Assembly: GCA_963814845.1 (NCBI GenBank)
Contig: CAWFEP010000003.1
Coordinates: forward strand, 223,485 to 287,484
Direction: 5' to 3'
Source: an uncultured Actinomycetota bacterium
GTDB lineage: Bacteria > Actinomycetota > Actinomycetes > JAFAQI01
DNA length: 64,000 nt
Shown: positions 60,898 through 64,000 of the stretch, one piece after another
Layout: each line of letters opens with the position of its first letter
Numbering within the stretch: position 1 is the first letter of the stretch
Program-made: the position numbers and the translations under genes
The notes under the pieces: model-generated
The model's input: the letters and a program-made list of their open reading frames with translations, nothing else
Database searches by the model: none
Told to the model about the DNA's origin: nothing

Positions 60898-62393
60898 GAC
60901 TCCTCGCTGTCGCGCCGCCGCTCGAGACCGGCCGTCGAGGCGCGCGCTGCCTCGACCTCTTCGTCGTAGGCGGACCGGCGGGCCTTGCGGGAGGCCTTGC
61001 GCTCGTCCGCGCCGACCCGGTTGTTGTTCTCGAGCCGGGCGTCGGTGCCCCGGCCGCCGTACGGCACGCCGACCCCGCTGCGCAGCGTCGGCTCCCAGTC
61101 GAAGGTGACCGTGCCGATCGTGACCTCGGCGCCCTTGCGCGCGCCGAGCTTGGCCAGCTCGTCCTCGACGCCGAGCCGGGCCAGCCGGTCGGCGAGGTAG
61201 CCGACCGCCTCGTCGTTGGTGAAGTCGGTCTGCAGCACCCAGCGCCCCGGCCGTTCGCCGTAGACGACGAACGCCTGCTCCCCGATCGCTCCACGCGTGA
61301 ACCCGCTGTCGCGGGCCGGCGCCGGGCGCAGCACGATCCGGGTCGGCTCGAGGTCGAGCGTCGCGGCGCGCGCGGCGGCGACCGACTCGGCCATCGCGAA
61401 GCCCGAGCTCACGCAGCCCGGCGTGGGTGGCGGCCGAGATCTCGAAGACCGGGTAGCCGAACCGCTCGGCGACATCGGCGCGCACCAGGTCGGCGAGGTC
61501 ACGGGCGTCCGGCACGTCGATCTTGTTGAGCGCGACGATCCGCGGCCGGCTGGCCAGCCCGCCCGCGACGGCGTCGTCGTACGCCGCCAGCTCGGCCTCG
61601 ATCTGCACCAGGTCACTGACCGGATCGCGACCGCTCTCGGCAGTCGCGAGGTCGACGACGTGCACGATGACCGTGCAGCGCTCGATGTGGCGCAGGAACT
61701 CCAGGCCGAGCCCGCGCCCGCTGCTCGCGCCGGGGATCAGCCCGGGCACGTCGGCGACGGTGAACACGGTGTCGCCGGCCTCGACCACGCCGAGGTTGGG
61801 CACCAGCGTCGTGAACGGGTAGTCGGCGATCTTCGGTCGGGCCGCGGACATCGCGGCGATCAGCGAGGACTTGCCGGCGTTGGGATAGCCGACGAGGGCG
61901 ACGTCGGCGACGCTCTTGAGCTCGAGCACGGCCTCGAGCGCCTCGCCGGGCTCGCCGAGCAGCGCGAAGCCGGGCGCCTTGCGCCGCGACGAGGCGAGCG
62001 CGGCGTTGCCGAGACCACCGCGGCCGCCGCGGGCGGCGACGAAGCGGGTGCCGACGCCGACCAGGTCGGCGATCAGCTCACCCGACTCGGCGTCGCGTAC
62101 CACTGTGCCGTCGGGCACCCGGATCACCAGGTCGCCGCCCTCGGCGCCGGAGCGGTTGGAGCCCTGGCCGGGCTTGCCGCTGGCGGCGCGCTGGTGCGGA
62201 TGGCGATGCAGGTCGAGCAGCGTGGTCACACTCGGGTCGACGAGCAGCACGACATCGCCGCCCCGGCCGCCGTCACCGCCGTCCGGGCCGCCGAGCGGCT
62301 TGAACTTCTCGCGATGCACCGACGCGCAGCCATGGCCGCCGTCGCCGGCGGTGGCGTGCAGGAGCGCGTGGTCTACAAAGGTCGCGGCCATGC
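60894..62393 (-). CDS. obg: GTPase Obg/CgtA; frameshift near 61440
   Basis: N-terminus [46 protein letters not shown]-domain [10 protein letters not shown], and a C-terminal OCT domain in another frame. Confidence 0.85.
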
Positions 62394-62401
62394 CGCGGGA
62401 T

Positions 62402-62683
62402 TCAGACCGAGCTGTCGGCCGTCGCCGCAGCGTCGACCGTGGTGATGTTGATGACGTTGCGCCCGCGCCGGCGGCCGAACTGCACCGCGCCGGCGACCAG
62501 GGCGAACAACGTGTCATCGCCACCGCGGCCGACGTTCTCGCCCGGGTGGAAGTGGGTGCCGCGCTGGCGGACGAGGATCTCGCCGGCGTTGACCTGCTGG
62601 CCGCCGAACCGCTTCACGCCGAGCCGCTGGGAGTTGGAGTCGCGCCCGTTCCGGCTGGAGGACGCACCCTTCTTGTGAGCCAT
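62402..62683 (-). CDS. rpmA: 50S ribosomal protein L27
   Basis: [29 protein letters not shown] is a near-universal L27 N-terminus. Confidence 0.85.
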   Translation of the reverse strand: MAHKKGASSSRNGRDSNSQRLGVKRFGGQQVNAGEILVRQRGTHFHPGENVGRGGDDTLFALVAGAVQFGRRRGRNVINITTVDAAATADSSV

Positions 62684-62690
62684 GGTGGCC

Positions 62691-63009
62691 CTACTTTCCG
62701 GTCTCGATGCCGGTGACGCGCAGCGTCGTCAGGCGCGAGCGGTGCCCCTGACGCCGGTGGTAGCCGGTCTTGTTCTTGAACAGGTGGATCTGGATCTTCG
62801 GGCCCTTGGTCTCTTCGACGACCTCGGCGGTGACGGTCGTCTTCGACAACGCGTCGGCGTCGGTCGTGATCGCGCCGCTGTCATCGACGAACAGGACCGC
62901 CGGCAAGCGTGATCGACTCGCCCGGCGCGTTGGACAGCCGGTTGACCGACAGGGTGTCACCGACCGCAACCTTGTGCTGGTGGCCGCCACTGCGCACGAT
63001 CGCGTACAC
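62691..63009 (-). CDS. rplU: 50S ribosomal protein L21; frameshift near 62900
   Basis: The C-terminal part [43 protein letters not shown] is in the track ORF. The N-terminus [18 protein letters not shown] is in another frame, from GTG 63007-63009. Confidence 0.8.
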
Positions 63010-63596
63010 GGTCGAACTCCCTGCTGCTCTGTCCTGGACATCGGGACCCGGACGCGACTCGTTGACCGTGATGGTCGTGAGGCGGTCCGGATCGGGTCCG
63101 CGCGAGGCGCACCGACCGTTCAGCCTACGGAGTCCCTCCCGGCCTGGTCAAACGGCTCCTGGCCGCCGCGTGGCCAGCCGGGATGGCACTTAGTGACCAT
63201 CTTCGCGCCGCGGCGCTTCAGCGCCCGTGCGGCCAGACACGACAACTAGCGAAGGCGAACGCAGGAGGCGCACGTGACGGTGCGGTCGGCTCACGGCGAA
63301 CGGCGACCACGACCGTCCGCTGACCTCGAACGCAGGCGACGACATCGTCCAGCAGCTCTCGATCGCGAAGTACGCGCTCGCCGTCGGCGACACCGACCAG
63401 GCAATGGACGCCATCGACGCCGCCCTGAGCACCTCGCGCGGCTCGCTGAGCGACCTCGTCGACCCGGCGGCCCGCCGCACACTCCGACGCTACGCCGGAG
63501 CCCTGGTACGCAGCCACCCGCCGCTCGGTCACCCCGCCGGGCGAGCCATCGCCTAGCCGACAGACGTCTGGCACGCACCCGCCCCAACTGCGCTCA

Positions 63597-64000
63597 CTAC
63601 GAGTGAGTCCGGCGGTTTGTCGGGTAACGTCCGATTCTTTCCAGTCGCGAGCCCGGCCCCGAAAACCGACGTCGCGCGAAGCCGCTGGCCACGCCCCTGC
63701 GTAGTGAGCGCTTTTGGGTTGACGCTCGCCCTACGGCGTGGCGGCGACTGGTTCGCTGGTCCTCGGCGTCCTTGGCCGGCTTCGCCGCGTCACCGATGGT
63801 ACGCCGCTTGCGCCCGGACCCGCTCCCCGAATCATCCGATGTGTCTAGGCCATTCGAGTCTGCCTTCGCTGCGGCGGCCCGCTTCGTCGGCTTGGCCGGC
63901 TTCGCCGCACCGGCTACCGCGGTCGGCTTCGGCGGCCGCTTGGCGGCAACCGGGTCGATCGTGAGCACGACGCCGCTGCCGCCACAGGTCTTGCAGGTCT
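63597..64000 (-). CDS. rne: Lys/Ala-rich C-terminal tail of a protein running off the window end; probably RNase E by synteny (rne upstream of rplU in actinobacteria)
   Basis: Open frame to the window edge. The Lys/Ala/Arg-rich low-complexity tail is typical of actinobacterial RNase E C-termini. The position fits the conserved rne-rplU-rpmA-obg-proB order. Confidence 0.45.
   Translation of the reverse strand, partial: TCKTCGGSGVVLTIDPVAAKRPPKPTAVAGAAKPAKPTKRAAAAKADSNGLDTSDDSGSGSGRKRRTIGDAAKPAKDAEDQRTSRRHAVGRASTQKRSLRRGVASGFARRRFSGPGSRLERIGRYPTNRRTHS

Noticed and set aside
63040-63275. Possible ribosomal-protein leader or riboswitch upstream of rplU
   Set aside because: I cannot recognise a defined conserved structure by eye. 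Only generic GC-rich pairing is visible.
1-64000. CRISPR arrays or other short regularly spaced repeats
   Set aside because: No repeat-spacer periodicity was seen. The only tandem repeats are the coding 18-bp Pro/Ala units, the HAMP modules and GGC-rich low-complexity tracts.

Overview
This is a high-GC (~68-70%) actinobacterial chromosomal segment, coded mostly on the minus strand, and I see four blocks in it.

1. Two paralogous uptake/hydrolysis modules (1-7.4 kb and 24.3-31.4 kb). Locus A is a Dpp/Opp-type peptide ABC importer with an amidohydrolase-3 paralog, a class-III aminotransferase and two paralogous GntR regulators. Locus B is an amidohydrolase-3 paralog with a PotABCD-type ABC importer and an M20 peptidase. 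A psuG/psuK pseudouridine-catabolism pair and a TetR-MFS pair lie nearby.

2. A c-di-GMP signalling operon (9.2-15.8 kb): a multi-HAMP/GAF hybrid histidine kinase, then REC-GGDEF, then PAS-GGDEF-EAL, plus a further membrane GGDEF gene.

3. A ~19 kb lower-GC genomic island (31.45-50.45 kb). It is bounded by an intact tRNA-Ala(GGC) and a direct repeat of that tRNA's 3' end. It carries a Pnkp/Hen1 RNA-repair cassette, an ECF sigma/anti-sigma pair, lipoproteins, many hypothetical proteins and two near-identical IS110-family insertion sequences. I found no integrase.

4. A conserved housekeeping block (51.6-64 kb) with the order rne, rplU, rpmA, obg, proB, PPOX-like, proA, membrane protein, MoxR, VWA, nadD, LCP, rsfS, histidine phosphatase.

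Many genes carry single-base frameshifts. These include essential genes (obg, proB, proA, nadD, rplU, rsfS), so the frameshifts are most likely sequencing or assembly indel errors, not genuine pseudogenes. CDS coordinates for frameshifted genes are my reconstructions across frames.

The ORF track translates GTG/TTG starts as M, and the track omits ORFs without a stop in the window.
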